A DNA stretch of 64,000 bases from Escherichia coli (GTDB lineage: Bacteria; Pseudomonadota; Gammaproteobacteria; Enterobacterales; Enterobacteriaceae): assembly GCF_013122565.1 (NCBI RefSeq), contig NZ_CP053258.1, one strand, 5' to 3'. The position numbers and the translations under genes were made by a program. Below are positions 61,660 through 64,000 of the stretch, in pieces. A model generated the notes under the pieces. That model did not search any database, had not been told where the DNA came from, and saw only the letters and a program-made list of their open reading frames with translations. Each line of letters starts with the position of its first letter. Positions within the stretch are counted from its first letter, which is position 1.

Positions 61660-61688
61660 TTGCAAAGTTGGGTTGAGCTGGCTAGATT
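61660..61688 (+). promoter_or_regulatory. Candidate alpha-operon promoter (-35 TTGCAA, 17-bp spacer, -10 TAGATT)
   Basis: Hexamers at 61660..61665 and 61683..61688, about 100 bp upstream of rpsM. Confidence 0.55.
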
Positions 61689-61778
61689 AGCCAGCCAATC
61701 TTTTGTATGTCTGTGCGTTTCCATTTGAGTATCCTGAAAACGGGCTTTTCAGCATGGAACGTACATATTAAATAGTAG

Positions 61779-62144
<366 letters not shown>

Positions 62145-62157
62145 TCGGGGTGATTGA

Positions 62158-63204
<1,047 letters not shown>

Positions 63205-63229
63205 AGCTTAGTACCAAAGAGAGGACACA

Positions 63230-64000
63230 ATGCAGGGTTCTGTGACAGAGTTTCTAAAACCGCGCCTGGTTGATATCGAGCAAGTGAGTTCGACGCACGC
63301 CAAGGTGACCCTTGAGCCTTTAGAGCGTGGCTTTGGCCATACTCTGGGTAACGCACTGCGCCGTATTCTGCTCTCATCGATGCCGGGTTGCGCGGTGACC
63401 GAGGTTGAGATTGATGGTGTACTACATGAGTACAGCACCAAAGAAGGCGTTCAGGAAGATATCCTGGAAATCCTGCTCAACCTGAAAGGGCTGGCGGTGA
63501 GAGTTCAGGGCAAAGATGAAGTTATTCTTACCTTGAATAAATCTGGCATTGGCCCTGTGACTGCAGCCGATATCACCCATGACGGTGATGTCGAAATCGT
63601 CAAGCCGCAGCACGTGATCTGCCACCTGACCGATGAGAACGCGTCTATTAGCATGCGTATCAAAGTTCAGCGCGGTCGTGGTTATGTGCCGGCTTCTACC
63701 CGAATTCATTCGGAAGAAGATGAGCGCCCAATCGGCCGTCTGCTGGTCGACGCATGCTACAGCCCTGTGGAGCGTATTGCCTACAATGTTGAAGCAGCGC
63801 GTGTAGAACAGCGTACCGACCTGGACAAGCTGGTCATCGAAATGGAAACCAACGGCACAATCGATCCTGAAGAGGCGATTCGTCGTGCGGCAACCATTCT
63901 GGCTGAACAACTGGAAGCTTTCGTTGACTTACGTGATGTACGTCAGCCTGAAGTGAAAGAAGAGAAACCAGAGTTCGATCCGATCCTGCTGCGCCCTGTT
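63230..64000 (+). CDS. rpoA: DNA-directed RNA polymerase alpha subunit, N-terminal 257 codons (gene runs off the window end)
   Basis: Own translation from ATG 63230 with SD agaggac: [88 protein letters not shown]...; in frame to position 64000. Confidence 0.97.

Overview
This window is ordinary, well-characterised Escherichia coli-type core chromosome, and I do not find a novel or undescribed system in it. It is shown in the opposite orientation to the usual K-12 map. Gene order is: frlR (5' part), frlDCBA, yhfL, cysG, nirC-nirD-nirB, tsgA, ppiA, yhfG-fic, pabA, argD, yhfK, crp, yhfA, prkB, yheU-yheT-yheS, kefG-kefB, yheV, slyD, slyX, fkpA, yheO-tusDCB, the str operon (rpsL-rpsG-fusA-tufA), chiA, bfd-bfr, the type II secretion cluster gspO to gspC with divergent gspAB, then the S10, spc and alpha ribosomal-protein operons up to rpoA (3' truncated). 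About 80 protein-coding genes are called, three of them below the 60-aa ORF-track cutoff (yhfL, rpmD, rpmJ). I see no rRNA, tRNA, CRISPR array, IS element or prophage. Every sizeable ORF is explained by a known gene family, gene order is syntenic, and all intergenic gaps are under about 350 bp. The findings are therefore modest: a Fic toxin-like protein with a degenerate active-site motif next to its small partner gene; an rpsG that stops at the 156-aa position, arguing the source is not a K-12 lab strain; AT-rich promoter islands around the chiA/gsp secretion locus; several strong stem-loops at operon junctions; and a perfect palindrome in the yheS/kefG divergent region. All gene identities rest on my reading of the ORF-track translations and sequence, not on database searches.
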